Below are positions 20,065 to 29,055 of a stretch of 37,678 nt of DNA, piece by piece. Made by a program: the position numbers and the translations under genes. How positions within the stretch are numbered: position 1 is the first letter of the stretch; each line of letters begins with the position of its first letter. The DNA is from an uncultured Eubacteriales bacterium (lineage in GTDB: Bacteria > Bacillota > Clostridia > Oscillospirales > Acutalibacteraceae), in assembly GCA_934702115.1 (NCBI GenBank), contig CAKUYF010000001.1:1-37678 (forward strand), written 5' to 3'. The notes under the pieces were generated by a model that ran no database searches, was not told the DNA's origin, and worked only from the letters and a program-made list of their open reading frames with translations.

Positions 20065-20103
20065 TTTTCATTTTTTTCACTACATATATATATATATAAT
20101 CTC
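20065..20103. other. AT-rich DNA unwinding element (DUE) of oriC
   Basis: A T/A-rich stretch including a 15-nt (AT)n run at 20084-20098, immediately next to the TAG trios. Confidence 0.6.
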
Positions 20104-20118
20104 TAGTAGTAGTAGTAG
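20104..20118 (+). repeat. DnaA-trio element: five perfect tandem 5'-TAG-3' repeats
   Basis: TAGTAGTAGTAGTAG is followed by the GC cluster GGGC (20119-20122) and then the first box at 20123. This order, orientation and spacing match the DnaA-trio/GC-cluster/DnaA-box module defined in B. subtilis oriC. Confidence 0.7.
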
Positions 20119-20122
20119 GGGC

Positions 20123-20297
20123 TGTTGAAATGTTGAAAGTTGCTTGAAAGACGCATGTTCTCTGGGCTGAGGGGCAATAATTTTATGTTGAAAGTCTGTG
20201 GAGAAAATGTTGAAAATGTTGAAAGATTTTGCGATTTCGGGGGTTTTCCACATTTATGTTGAAAACTCATTGTTGAAAGTTGAAAACTTGTTGAAAA
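20123..20297 (+). repeat. oriC box array: eight perfect TGTTGAAA repeats plus variants and two near-consensus DnaA boxes
   Basis: Perfect TGTTGAAA copies start at 20123, 20131, 20186, 20208, 20217, 20257, 20271 and 20289, all in the same orientation. Variants are TGCTTGAAA at 20141 and AGTTGAAAA at 20278. Near-consensus DnaA boxes are TGTGGAGAA (20197-20205) and TTTTCCACA (20244-20252, inverted). Confidence 0.75.
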
Positions 20298-20321
20298 CTT
20301 TTTTTCCATAAAAGTAAAATT

Positions 20322-21635
20322 TTACCTGTCCCTAATGTTCTTTATTATGTCTTCAACCATGGCTTTTATTTTGGGATTTTTAGATAAATTTTTCTCTACT
20401 TGTTGTAGAGCATATACAATAGTTGAGTGATCTCTCCCTCCAAATTCGTCCCCAATGGCAACAAGTGGAAGCTGAGTTATTTCTCTGACGATGTACATAG
20501 AAATTTGTCGAGCATTAGAAACTGCAGCGGATCTTTTAGATGATCTTATATCTTCCGGAGTAACATTGAATGTTCTTGATACTTCATCTATTATTTTCTC
20601 CACTGTTATAGGAGGTGGTTGATCATTATTGAGTATATCGGAGATAGCCATTTGTGCGGTTTGAATTCCCATAGGTTCTCCGCCCAACAAATTATGAGCT
20701 TTCATTTTTTTGACTGCTCCTTCTAGTTGTCTGATATTATTTTTAAGTTTTTTTGCTATGTACTCACATATATCATTAGGAATTTTTATACCCAATAATT
20801 CTGCTTTTCTTTTAACGATTGCTATTCTTGTTTCGAAATCAGGTGGCTGTATATCGGCTATGAGTCCCCATTCAAAGCGGGTTCTAAGTCTATCCTCAAG
20901 GGTTTGAATTTCCTTAGGGGGTCTGTCCGAAGTAAGCACTATTTGTTTTTTTGCTTCGTAAAGAGAATTAAATGTGTGGAAAAACTCTTCTTGTGTAGAG
21001 TCTTTACCTGCAATAAACTGAATATCATCTACGAGTAATATATCTGCCTCACGATATTTTTGATGAAATTCTTCTGTAGTATTTTTTCTGATGGATTCTA
21101 TAAGCTCATTGGTGAAATCGTCTCCCTTAATGTACAGGCAAATTTTTTGAGGGTTATTTTTTTTAACTTCATTACATATAGCGTAAAGTAAATGTGTTTT
21201 TCCGAGTCCAGAATTGCCGTAAATGAATAGGGGATTATATGCTCCCGCAGGATTTGCGGCTACTGCTAGTGCTGCGGCATGAGCGAATTTATTTGAGGAT
21301 CCAACGATGTAAGTTGAAAAGGTAAATTCATATTCTGCACTTAAATTATTGTTGTTTTTGTTATCTATTTCGCTTGGAATAACAAAGCATATATTTATTC
21401 CGCTGTCTAAACCAACTCCGAATACTTCACTAAATGCGTCTTTTAACAAAGAACTATAGCATTTAGTTAGAGTTTGACGATAAAACTCATTAGGAACCAG
21501 TAATAGAGCTTTTTTTTCATCGAAGTTAAGGTTTAAAGGTTCTATTTTACTGATCCATGTTTTATAAGCAACTCCTGTGATTTTTTCCCTACAAAAGTCG
21601 CAAATCAGATCCCATGCTTCATTAAAAGAATTCAT
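20322..21635 (-). CDS. dnaA: chromosomal replication initiator protein DnaA
   Basis: A 437-aa protein with Walker A GNSGLGKTHLL, Walker B LLVDDIQF and domain IV GGRDHSTIVYA. The Shine-Dalgarno is GGAGG. Confidence 0.97.
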   Translation of the reverse strand: MNSFNEAWDLICDFCREKITGVAYKTWISKIEPLNLNFDEKKALLLVPNEFYRQTLTKCYSSLLKDAFSEVFGVGLDSGINICFVIPSEIDNKNNNNLSAEYEFTFSTYIVGSSNKFAHAAALAVAANPAGAYNPLFIYGNSGLGKTHLLYAICNEVKKNNPQKICLYIKGDDFTNELIESIRKNTTEEFHQKYREADILLVDDIQFIAGKDSTQEEFFHTFNSLYEAKKQIVLTSDRPPKEIQTLEDRLRTRFEWGLIADIQPPDFETRIAIVKRKAELLGIKIPNDICEYIAKKLKNNIRQLEGAVKKMKAHNLLGGEPMGIQTAQMAISDILNNDQPPPITVEKIIDEVSRTFNVTPEDIRSSKRSAAVSNARQISMYIVREITQLPLVAIGDEFGGRDHSTIVYALQQVEKNLSKNPKIKAMVEDIIKNIRDR

Positions 21636-21850
21636 AAAAAGAAAACCTCCGGGTTTTTGATAAAAGTAGTATTGTAAGAATTAATTTCAATTAAGTTACC
21701 TAAAAAAATTACTCAAGTTTGAATTTTTATTTTTAAGATTTAATTGAATTATTTTGAATTTATTTAAATATGAACAACAATAATTATACTCTGATTTAAG
21801 CTTTTTTTCAACAAATCGGCGTAAAATCCTACTGTCTTTATAAAATTTAG

Positions 21851-21879
21851 TTGACATAAACAGTTTGATATTTTATACT
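21851..21879 (+). promoter_or_regulatory. sigma-A promoter of rpmH-rnpA
   Basis: TTGACA at 21851-21856, a 17-nt spacer, and TATACT at 21874-21879. Confidence 0.5.
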
Positions 21880-22060
21880 TAATTATGAGGGTAAATGATG
21901 ATTAAAATTTATCGTTTAAGATTGTGGAATTTGAACTTTGAGATTATAATATTTAAAGACAAATTACATAATCAGGTTTTCGCTGGAGGCATGGTGGCTA
22001 AGTGCTAATGTTTGCAGTAAGTTTGAAAAATAAAAATATTCCAATCCAGGAGGGTTAGAA

Positions 22061-22195
22061 ATGCTAAGAACATATCAACCGAAGAAACTTCATAGAAAAA
22101 AAGAACATGGTTTTCGTAAAAGAATGTCTACTCGTAGCGGAATTAAGGTTTTAGCTCGTAGAAGAGCAAAGGGCAGAAAAAGACTCACTCACTAA
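22061..22195 (+). CDS. rpmH: 50S ribosomal protein L34
   Basis: Not in the track because it is 44 aa. Manual translation gives [44 protein letters not shown]. The Shine-Dalgarno is AGGAGGG, and the gene is divergent from dnaA and upstream of rnpA. Confidence 0.95.
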   Translation: MLRTYQPKKLHRKKEHGFRKRMSTRSGIKVLARRRAKGRKRLTH

Positions 22196-22310
22196 AGATT
22201 TGTATTTTGTCTGAAAATTTAATTGTTCTACTCCTCAATACTTTACCATTGCTTCAGGTGTGTATAATCTGAAGCTTAAAATTAAACTTTAAAAAAAGGA
22301 TAAGAATTTC

Positions 22311-22646
22311 ATGAAAAAGCCTGCATCCCTTAATCGTAACAAAGATTTTAAACGTGTCTATTCACGAGGAAGGTATGCGGCTTCGTCTTATTTGGTTACA
22401 TACGCGTTGAAAAATAGACTTAAATTTAATCGTGTAGGGATAACTACGAGTAAAAAGATCGGTAATGCTGTAAAGCGAAACCGATCCAGAAGAATCATCA
22501 GAGCTGCATATATGTACTTGGCAGATTCACTTAAAAGCGGATATGACATAGTTTTTGTAGCAAGAAATGAAACTCCTCATGTTAAAACTTCTCACATAAT
22601 TAATAACATGAATTATCATCTTAGAAAACTTGAGGTCTTGAGATGA
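22311..22646 (+). CDS. rnpA: ribonuclease P protein component
   Basis: A 111-aa basic protein with FKRVYSRG and [12 protein letters not shown] (RNR motif). Confidence 0.92.
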   Translation: MKKPASLNRNKDFKRVYSRGRYAASSYLVTYALKNRLKFNRVGITTSKKIGNAVKRNRSRRIIRAAYMYLADSLKSGYDIVFVARNETPHVKTSHIINNMNYHLRKLEVLR

Positions 22647-22885
22647 AAGCAGTTTTTTTGTGGTTAATACGCTTTTATATGAAGGTAATATCGCCATTGA
22701 AAAAACCGTGCTGTAGATTTGTTCCAACATGTTCGGAGTACGCATTGGAATCAGTGAAGAGGTTTGGAGCTGTCCGGGGCGGTTTTTTAGCTTTAAAAAG
22801 AATTTTAAGATGCAATCCGTTTGGTAAATCGGGTTATGATCCTGTCCCTTTGAAGATAGACAAAAACTTATTTTTTAAGATGTAA
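22643..22885 (+). CDS. yidD: membrane protein insertion efficiency factor YidD
   Basis: An 80-aa protein with [31 protein letters not shown]. It overlaps rnpA through ATGA. Confidence 0.92.
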   Translation: MKAVFLWLIRFYMKVISPLKKPCCRFVPTCSEYALESVKRFGAVRGGFLALKRILRCNPFGKSGYDPVPLKIDKNLFFKM

Positions 22886-22930
22886 AGAAAATAGATATAG
22901 AGATAAAGAATACAAAAGGAGATTTTAGGT

Positions 22931-23911
22931 TTGGGTTTTATATTTGATTTTTTGGGAAACATTTTCGGATATGTTTTGTGGTTTTTCTTTGACGCAGTAA
23001 GCAACTATGCAGTAGCAATAACATTATTTGCGATATTTATAAACCTGTTAATGCTACCTATATCTATTAAAAGACAAAAAAATATGGCTCTTAATGCACG
23101 TATAAATGCAAAAGATCAAGAGCTCAGAAAAAAATATGAAAAAAATCCCAGAAAGTATAATGAAGAAAGAGCTCTTCTTTATGAAAAAGAGGGAATTGAC
23201 CCAATGGCGGGATGTTTTTCAACAATGATTTTACCTCTTTTACTGTGGAGCGGAATTTTTGGTGCCATTACTAAACCTCTTCAAAATACTTTACATATTG
23301 CGCAAGAAAAAGTATCTCAAGCAGTAGCGGTACTGCCGAATGTTCCGGAGCTTGAAGGAAAGATTGGTTCTGGATATGAGCAGCTACAGCTTGTAAGACA
23401 TTTTGAAGCTGTAAAAAATTATTTAACAATGTTTAATGCAGATGAATTTGCAGATGTAGAAGAGTACAGTCATGGTTTTAATTTTTTTGGTATTAATTTG
23501 CTTAATAGACCAAATGTTTCTTCATTTAATGAAATGTTGTGGGTTATTCCGTTGCTTTGCTTGCTAGGATCAATTTTAGCTATATATGTAAATCAAAAGA
23601 TGATGGGAACTCAAACTCAGATGCAGGGATGCACTAAATTTTTGCCTTATGGTACAGCAATTTTTACTACTTATCTAGCTTACACTATTCCCGGGGCAGT
23701 AGGACTTTACTGGTTTATTAATGGGTTAATAGGAGTACTGCAAAACATTTGGCTTAATAAATATTATAATATTTATACTATAAATGCTCAGAGCGAAGCC
23801 GCACGAATAGCTCTTTTGGAAATAAAGGAAGCATCTGTTACTTGTATTAAAGATCCTAAAGATGTAGAATTAATTTCTGGGCAGAGTAAAATATCTTCTA
23901 AATCTAAGTAG
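22931..23911 (+). CDS. yidC: YidC/Oxa1 family membrane protein insertase
   Basis: TTG start with an AAAGGAG Shine-Dalgarno 9 nt upstream. It is a multi-TM protein with LLMLPISIKRQKNM and YEKEGIDPMAGC motifs. Confidence 0.9.
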   Translation: MGFIFDFLGNIFGYVLWFFFDAVSNYAVAITLFAIFINLLMLPISIKRQKNMALNARINAKDQELRKKYEKNPRKYNEERALLYEKEGIDPMAGCFSTMILPLLLWSGIFGAITKPLQNTLHIAQEKVSQAVAVLPNVPELEGKIGSGYEQLQLVRHFEAVKNYLTMFNADEFADVEEYSHGFNFFGINLLNRPNVSSFNEMLWVIPLLCLLGSILAIYVNQKMMGTQTQMQGCTKFLPYGTAIFTTYLAYTIPGAVGLYWFINGLIGVLQNIWLNKYYNIYTINAQSEAARIALLEIKEASVTCIKDPKDVELISGQSKISSKSK

Positions 23912-23960
23912 AAAATTTTTGAATATGTGTTTAAAAGCTTGTATATTTAAATTAATGGTT

Positions 23961-24000
23961 TTTGCTCTCTACTTTAAAAGGAGGGCAAATTATTTGTTTT
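23961..24000 (+). terminator. terminator/attenuator hairpin between yidC and mnmE
   Basis: Stem TTTGCTCTC (23961-23969) with GAGGGCAAA (23981-23989), including one G-U pair, followed by TTATTTGTTTT. Confidence 0.45.
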
Positions 24001-24022
24001 AAGAGGAGTGAGTTGTAAAAAT

Positions 24023-25387
24023 ATGGATACAATTGCGGCTATTTCAACTGCTAATGGCATAGGCGGTATTGGAGTAATAAGAATTTCTGGAGAAAACGCA
24101 GTAGAAATTGCGGATAGGGTATTTGTATCTTTTGATGGAGTATCGCGGCTTTCTTCGCTAAAAGGTTATAGAGCGAAGTATGGAAAAGTTATAAAAGACG
24201 GTAAGTTTATAGATGAAGCTATCGCACTTGTATTTAAAGCGCCTCACAGTTATACAGGGGAAGATGTAGTAGAAATTTCTTGTCATGGTGGGCTTTACAT
24301 CACCCGGCAGGTTTTAAGAACTGTTTTAGATGCCGGAGCGTCTCTTGCAGGTGCCGGAGAATTCACTAAAAGAGCTTTTTTGAATGGTAAGGTTGATCTT
24401 TCTCAAGCGGAGGCTGTAATGGATATTATATCCGCAAAGAGTGAACATGCTAATGCTATCGCGTTCAACCAAAAGGAAGGAGCAACCAGTAAGAAAGTAA
24501 AAGAGATAAAAGATGAACTTTTAGACATTTCGGCTAATCTTTCGGTATGGGCTGATTATCCTGAAGAGGATATTCCACAAATTAATGCAACAATGTTGAA
24601 TTTCAGACTAAAAAAAATCCGACAAGAAATTTTTAAGATGATAAAAGATTACGATGTTTGTGCAGCACTTAAAGAAGGTGTGAAAACTGTAATCATAGGT
24701 CGTCCTAACGTTGGAAAATCTACTTTGATGAATTTAATTTCAGGGACTGATAAATCTATAGTAACGGAAATTGCAGGTACTACTCGTGATGTAGTGGAAG
24801 AGACGGTTATGATAGGGGATATTCCGCTTTTACTTGTGGATACCGCAGGAATTAGGTCCACGGAGGATGTAGTAGAAAAGATAGGAGTAGAGAAAGCGAA
24901 GAATTGTATAAAAGTTGCTGACATAGTTCTCGCTGTGATTGATGCATCAAAAACTTTAACAGAAGAAGATGAAGAAGTTTTAAAATCTTGTAATAGTAAA
25001 AAAACTTTAATTATTCTTAATAAGGTAGATTTAGGAATAAAAGTGGATGTGAGCAAATTATCAACATTTTCAGATAGAATTGTTGAAATGTCCGTAATCA
25101 ATGGTGAGGGGTTAGAAAATTTAAGAAAAGCTTTGGAAGAAATGGTGGGTATTTCAAAATTTGAACCGTCTGAAGCATTAATTTCTAATGAGCGTCAATT
25201 ATTAGCATTAAAAAAAGCTCACCATATATTAGATGAAGCAGTTAATGATATGGATTCCGGTATAACTTTGGATGCAGTTACTGTACTTCTTGAAGATGCA
25301 ATGCAAACTATTATGGAATTAACAGGGGAAAATGTTTCCGAAGAGATAATAAATAAAGTTTTTTCGAAGTTTTGTGTGGGCAAGTAA
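24023..25387 (+). CDS. mnmE: tRNA modification GTPase MnmE
   Basis: I prefer the ATG at 24023 (MDTIAAISTANGIGGIGVIRISG, the canonical N-terminus). It has G1 GRPNVGKSTLMN, DTAG, NKVD and the C-terminal CVGK. Confidence 0.95.
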   Translation: MDTIAAISTANGIGGIGVIRISGENAVEIADRVFVSFDGVSRLSSLKGYRAKYGKVIKDGKFIDEAIALVFKAPHSYTGEDVVEISCHGGLYITRQVLRTVLDAGASLAGAGEFTKRAFLNGKVDLSQAEAVMDIISAKSEHANAIAFNQKEGATSKKVKEIKDELLDISANLSVWADYPEEDIPQINATMLNFRLKKIRQEIFKMIKDYDVCAALKEGVKTVIIGRPNVGKSTLMNLISGTDKSIVTEIAGTTRDVVEETVMIGDIPLLLVDTAGIRSTEDVVEKIGVEKAKNCIKVADIVLAVIDASKTLTEEDEEVLKSCNSKKTLIILNKVDLGIKVDVSKLSTFSDRIVEMSVINGEGLENLRKALEEMVGISKFEPSEALISNERQLLALKKAHHILDEAVNDMDSGITLDAVTVLLEDAMQTIMELTGENVSEEIINKVFSKFCVGK

Positions 25388-25575
25388 TTTATTTTAAGTT
25401 TACAGCTCTGTTAAAGGAAGCATAATATTAAAGCGAAGTTATTCTGGCTTGTTATAATTCAGTAAGATGTAATTTTTAATATTTGCAAATATTGTTAATA
25501 CTTTTATAATTAAGGGTGTATATTTATTGCTTGATAAATCTATAAATCTAAAATTATAAAAGTTGGGAGCTGCCT

Positions 25576-26229
25576 ATGTTGAATAATTTAATTAGTAAAA
25601 AGGCATTCAAGGGATTTAAAAAATTATTATTAGTTGGATTGGCAATATCTGCGTTTGGAAGCTCGGCATTGGGTATGGACGTTAAACCGCCGGAAAAAAC
25701 AACGCCACAAAATCAAAGACGTAAATATCATGGTGTATTAGATGTGAAAGAGCCGGAAACAAAGATTTTAGAAATTGGAGATTTGAAGCTAAGAATTGTA
25801 AAAAATGGAATTCTTGCTAAGTACTCGGATTGTACGGAAATAGAAATAGAAGAGTTTTTAATTTTACAGTCTAAAATTCAAAAAATGATTGACAAAAACC
25901 TGAGGACGTTTTTTAAAAGCTTGAGTCCTGATAAATTAAAAGAATTAGGAGAAGAATTATTTAATAAATTAAAGACTGAAAATTTTGAGAGACAAGATGG
26001 AATTTTAGACTTAACAATTATCGGTAATGCTTGCATGACTTATTTGTTCAATAATTTAAATAAAGATACTGGAGATATGTTTTTTATTTTAAATAATGGA
26101 TTAGAGGAAGATTCAAATAAATTTAAAATTGAACAAATAATTAAGAGCTTTTTGATTAACTTAGGTATGTTGAGTATTTCTGGTGGGAAGGTTGACTTAA
26201 ATAATTTCCAAAGTTGCCCTGTGGTTTAA
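25576..26229 (+). CDS. hypothetical secreted protein (217 aa)
   Basis: The Shine-Dalgarno is GGGAG. The N-terminus KKAFKGFKKLLLVGLAISAFGSSALG is signal-peptide-like. I recognise no domain. Confidence 0.6.
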   Translation: MLNNLISKKAFKGFKKLLLVGLAISAFGSSALGMDVKPPEKTTPQNQRRKYHGVLDVKEPETKILEIGDLKLRIVKNGILAKYSDCTEIEIEEFLILQSKIQKMIDKNLRTFFKSLSPDKLKELGEELFNKLKTENFERQDGILDLTIIGNACMTYLFNNLNKDTGDMFFILNNGLEEDSNKFKIEQIIKSFLINLGMLSISGGKVDLNNFQSCPVV

Positions 26230-26244
26230 TAATAATTTTATATC

Positions 26245-26273
26245 TTGACAGGTTTAATATTATTGGTTATAAT
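26245..26273 (+). promoter_or_regulatory. consensus sigma-A promoter of the second inserted ORF
   Basis: TTGACA at 26245-26250, a 17-nt spacer, and TATAAT at 26268-26273. The track's ORF start at 26245 is the TTG of this -35 box. Confidence 0.6.
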
Positions 26274-26307
26274 AGGGTTAAGTTATAAAAGGAGAATGAT
26301 AAAAATA

Positions 26308-26862
26308 ATGTCAAGATTTAATGATTCAAAATTAGTGGGTAGCAGCAAAAGATTATTAGCACTTTTTCTTTCCGTGTTAAGTTTGGGGGGTACTGTTGCG
26401 TATGGTAGGAGACCAAATTCAAACAAAAGACCTAATCGGAGTAATAATACCGGAAACCAAAATATGGTGCCCCAATTTGAGATTGGAATGACAATAGATA
26501 ACCCGGGATATGTAAATTTATGCAATCGAATAGGAAATTTAGAAGAAATTAACAAAGAAGAATTAGTTCGAATTTTTGAAGATGAGTTTTGGAATATAAT
26601 AAATAGGGATGGAAGAAACATAACTAGATTTGGAGTGTGGGACGGTTTTAAAGGAATTCTCATAAATTCTATCCAGGAATATAGGCAAATTATTCCTCAA
26701 CATGGCACTCATATTATAAATTTGTTATGGTCAGGGGGTTTGTTTATACTTTTAAATGAAGGCCGTGATGGAATAGAAAACATGAAGGCGGATTTTAGAA
26801 ACTGGAACCGTAATAACATAAGCGTAAATGAGCTTCATAATTATTTTGTTCAAAAAATTTAA
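26308..26862 (+). CDS. hypothetical secreted protein (about 184 aa)
   Basis: I moved the start downstream of the promoter. The candidates are the ATG at 26308 (GGAG at 26291-26294, spacing 13) and the ATG at 26296 (spacing 1). The signal-like segment SSKRLLALFLSVLSLGGTVAYG is followed by an Asn/Arg/Pro-rich linker. I recognise no domain. Confidence 0.55.
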   Translation: MSRFNDSKLVGSSKRLLALFLSVLSLGGTVAYGRRPNSNKRPNRSNNTGNQNMVPQFEIGMTIDNPGYVNLCNRIGNLEEINKEELVRIFEDEFWNIINRDGRNITRFGVWDGFKGILINSIQEYRQIIPQHGTHIINLLWSGGLFILLNEGRDGIENMKADFRNWNRNNISVNELHNYFVQKI

Positions 26863-26943
26863 AGGTATTAATTGAGAGATTAAGAATCTAGTTTTGATAT
26901 TTGATCTTAATAGTTAATATATTGAAGTGGATACAAAAAACAT

Positions 26944-26972
26944 CTTATGCTAAAATAAGCATGGGTGTTTTT
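26944..26972 (+). terminator. terminator after the inserted two-gene cassette
   Basis: Stem CTTATGCT (26944-26951) with AGCATGGG (26958-26965), including two G-U pairs, followed by TGTTTTT. Confidence 0.45.
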
Positions 26973-27079
26973 ATGTTTGTAATTTGAAAAATGTAATATA
27001 TGCTTGGTATCGAATTGTTTTAGATCATAAATATTCTATAAGTTTAAAGATTGTTAATACTATAAAGGACGTGTTACAG

Positions 27080-28960
27080 GTGAATAGTGAAAATTATGAA
27101 ATTGCGGTTATAGGTGCAGGGCATGCGGGAATTGAAGCTGCGTTAGCTTCTGCAAGGCTTGGATGTAAAACTGTAATTTTTGCTATAAATTTAGATTCAG
27201 TAGGGAATTGCCCATGTAATCCATCCATTGGAGGCACAGCTAAAGGGCATCTTGTAAAAGAGATAGATGCTTTAGGAGGTGAAATGGGTAAGACTGCTGA
27301 TGAATGTTTTTTACAAAGCCGTATGCTTAATTTGGGGAAAGGACCTGCCGTTCACTCTTTACGTGTTCAAATAGATAGAAACAAGTATAAAGAGACAATG
27401 AAGCATAAAATAGAGCTTCAAGAAAATTTATTTTTAAAACAAGCTGAAATAATTTCTATATTTAAAGACCCTCAAACGCAAAAATGGATTTTAAAGTCTA
27501 GAAATGATTTTTCGTACGAAGTTGATGCCGTAATAATAGCAACCGGCACTTTTCTTTGCGGTAAGGTTTTTATTGGTGATACTTCTTATGAAAGCGGTCC
27601 GGACGGAGTATTCCCTTCTTTATTTTTAAGTGATTCACTAAAAAAAATGGGGGTTAAGCTTAAAAGGTTTAAAACTGGGACTCCTGCTAGGGTATTAAGG
27701 TCCAGTATAGATTTTTCTAAACTGGAAGTTCAGCCCGGAGATGATAAAATAGTCCCTTTTTCTTATGAAACTAAAGGTTATAGAGAAAATAAGGTTGATT
27801 GTTATATCTCCTGGACTAATGATTCAACTAAGAAAGTGATTCTTAAAAATCTTCATAGAGCACCAATGTACAGTGGAAAAATTGAAGGAATAGGGCCAAG
27901 ATATTGCCCAAGTATAGAAGATAAAATTGTTAGATTTCCGGATAAAATTCGGCATCAGTTATTTATAGAGCCTTGTGGTTTAAATACTGAAGAAATGTAT
28001 CTTCAAGGAATGTCGACCTCATTACCGGAGGAAGTACAAGTAGAAATGTACCGAACGATAAACGGGCTTGAAAATGTACAGATTATGAGACCTGCTTATG
28101 CTATTGAGTATGATGTGGTTGATCCCACAGAGCTTTATAGTACTTTAGAATTTAAAAAGCTTGAAAGATTATATGGTGCCGGGCAGTTTAATGGTAGTTC
28201 GGGATATGAAGAAGCCGCTGCACAAGGTTTAATAGCAGGTATTAATGCTGCATTAAAAATAAAGGGAATGGAACCATTAGTTTTAGACAGAGGATCTTCA
28301 TACATTGGGACTTTAATTGATGACCTTGTAACCAAAGGAGTAAATGACCCTTACCGAATGATGACTTCTCGTTCCGAATATCGTTTAGTTTTAAGGCAGG
28401 ATAATGCTGACGAAAGACTTACACCATTGGGTTGGAAAATAGGACTTATTAAAAAAGAGTATTGGGATGAATTTTGTCATAGAGAAGAATTAAAAAAGCG
28501 TGAGCTTGAGAGAGTTAAAAATACTGTTATTCATCCTTCTGAAGAACTTAATAATATGATTATTTCACGTGGAACATCTCCAATTTCTAATCCAACAAAG
28601 ATTATTGACTTATTAAAAAGACCTCAATTAAATTATGACTATCTTTCTGCCTTCGATTTGACACGCCCTGAAATAGATGAGGCTATATTGGAAAAAGTAG
28701 AAATTGAAGTTAAATATGAAGGATATATAGAACGTCAAAATCGTCAAATAAATGAGATGAGGCGACTTGAAAGTAAGGCATTGCCATTAAATTTAAATTA
28801 CTCATCAATAAATGGTCTTCGTCTGGAAGCTATTGAAAAATTAAATAAAATTAAGCCTTTAAATATAGGACAAGCTTCAAGAATTTCAGGAGTTAGCCCA
28901 GCGGACATATCAGTTATTTTGATATGGTTAGCTTCTAAGTTAAGAAAAGATAAATGTTAA
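27080..28960 (+). CDS. mnmG: tRNA uridine 5-carboxymethylaminomethyl modification enzyme MnmG (GidA)
   Basis: The track start (TTG at 26984) would add 32 non-conserved residues. I prefer the in-frame GTG at 27080 (AAAGGA 10 nt upstream), giving 626 aa starting (M)NSENYEIAVIGAGHAGIEAALASARLG (FAD motif). Confidence 0.93.
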   Translation: MNSENYEIAVIGAGHAGIEAALASARLGCKTVIFAINLDSVGNCPCNPSIGGTAKGHLVKEIDALGGEMGKTADECFLQSRMLNLGKGPAVHSLRVQIDRNKYKETMKHKIELQENLFLKQAEIISIFKDPQTQKWILKSRNDFSYEVDAVIIATGTFLCGKVFIGDTSYESGPDGVFPSLFLSDSLKKMGVKLKRFKTGTPARVLRSSIDFSKLEVQPGDDKIVPFSYETKGYRENKVDCYISWTNDSTKKVILKNLHRAPMYSGKIEGIGPRYCPSIEDKIVRFPDKIRHQLFIEPCGLNTEEMYLQGMSTSLPEEVQVEMYRTINGLENVQIMRPAYAIEYDVVDPTELYSTLEFKKLERLYGAGQFNGSSGYEEAAAQGLIAGINAALKIKGMEPLVLDRGSSYIGTLIDDLVTKGVNDPYRMMTSRSEYRLVLRQDNADERLTPLGWKIGLIKKEYWDEFCHREELKKRELERVKNTVIHPSEELNNMIISRGTSPISNPTKIIDLLKRPQLNYDYLSAFDLTRPEIDEAILEKVEIEVKYEGYIERQNRQINEMRRLESKALPLNLNYSSINGLRLEAIEKLNKIKPLNIGQASRISGVSPADISVILIWLASKLRKDKC

Positions 28961-29055
28961 TAGTCTTTTTGTAAGTTTTGAAAATTAATAAGGATATAAA
29001 TTTTTAAATTAAAATATTTAAGCTAAAAAAGGAGAGAATTAATATTTTAGATATT

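Noticed and set aside
20103-20309. 68-aa minus-strand ORF in the track (MEKKFSTSFQLSTMSFQ...).
   Set aside because: It is read straight through the TGTTGAAA/DnaA-box repeat array and the TAG trios of oriC. The repetitive STF/QLS peptide is a translation artefact of the repeats, and there is no Shine-Dalgarno.
26245-26307. The track's start for the ORF at 26245-26862 (TTG at 26245).
   Set aside because: That TTG is the first half of a consensus -35 box (TTGACA-17-TATAAT), so translation cannot begin there. I moved the start to 26308, or possibly 26296.
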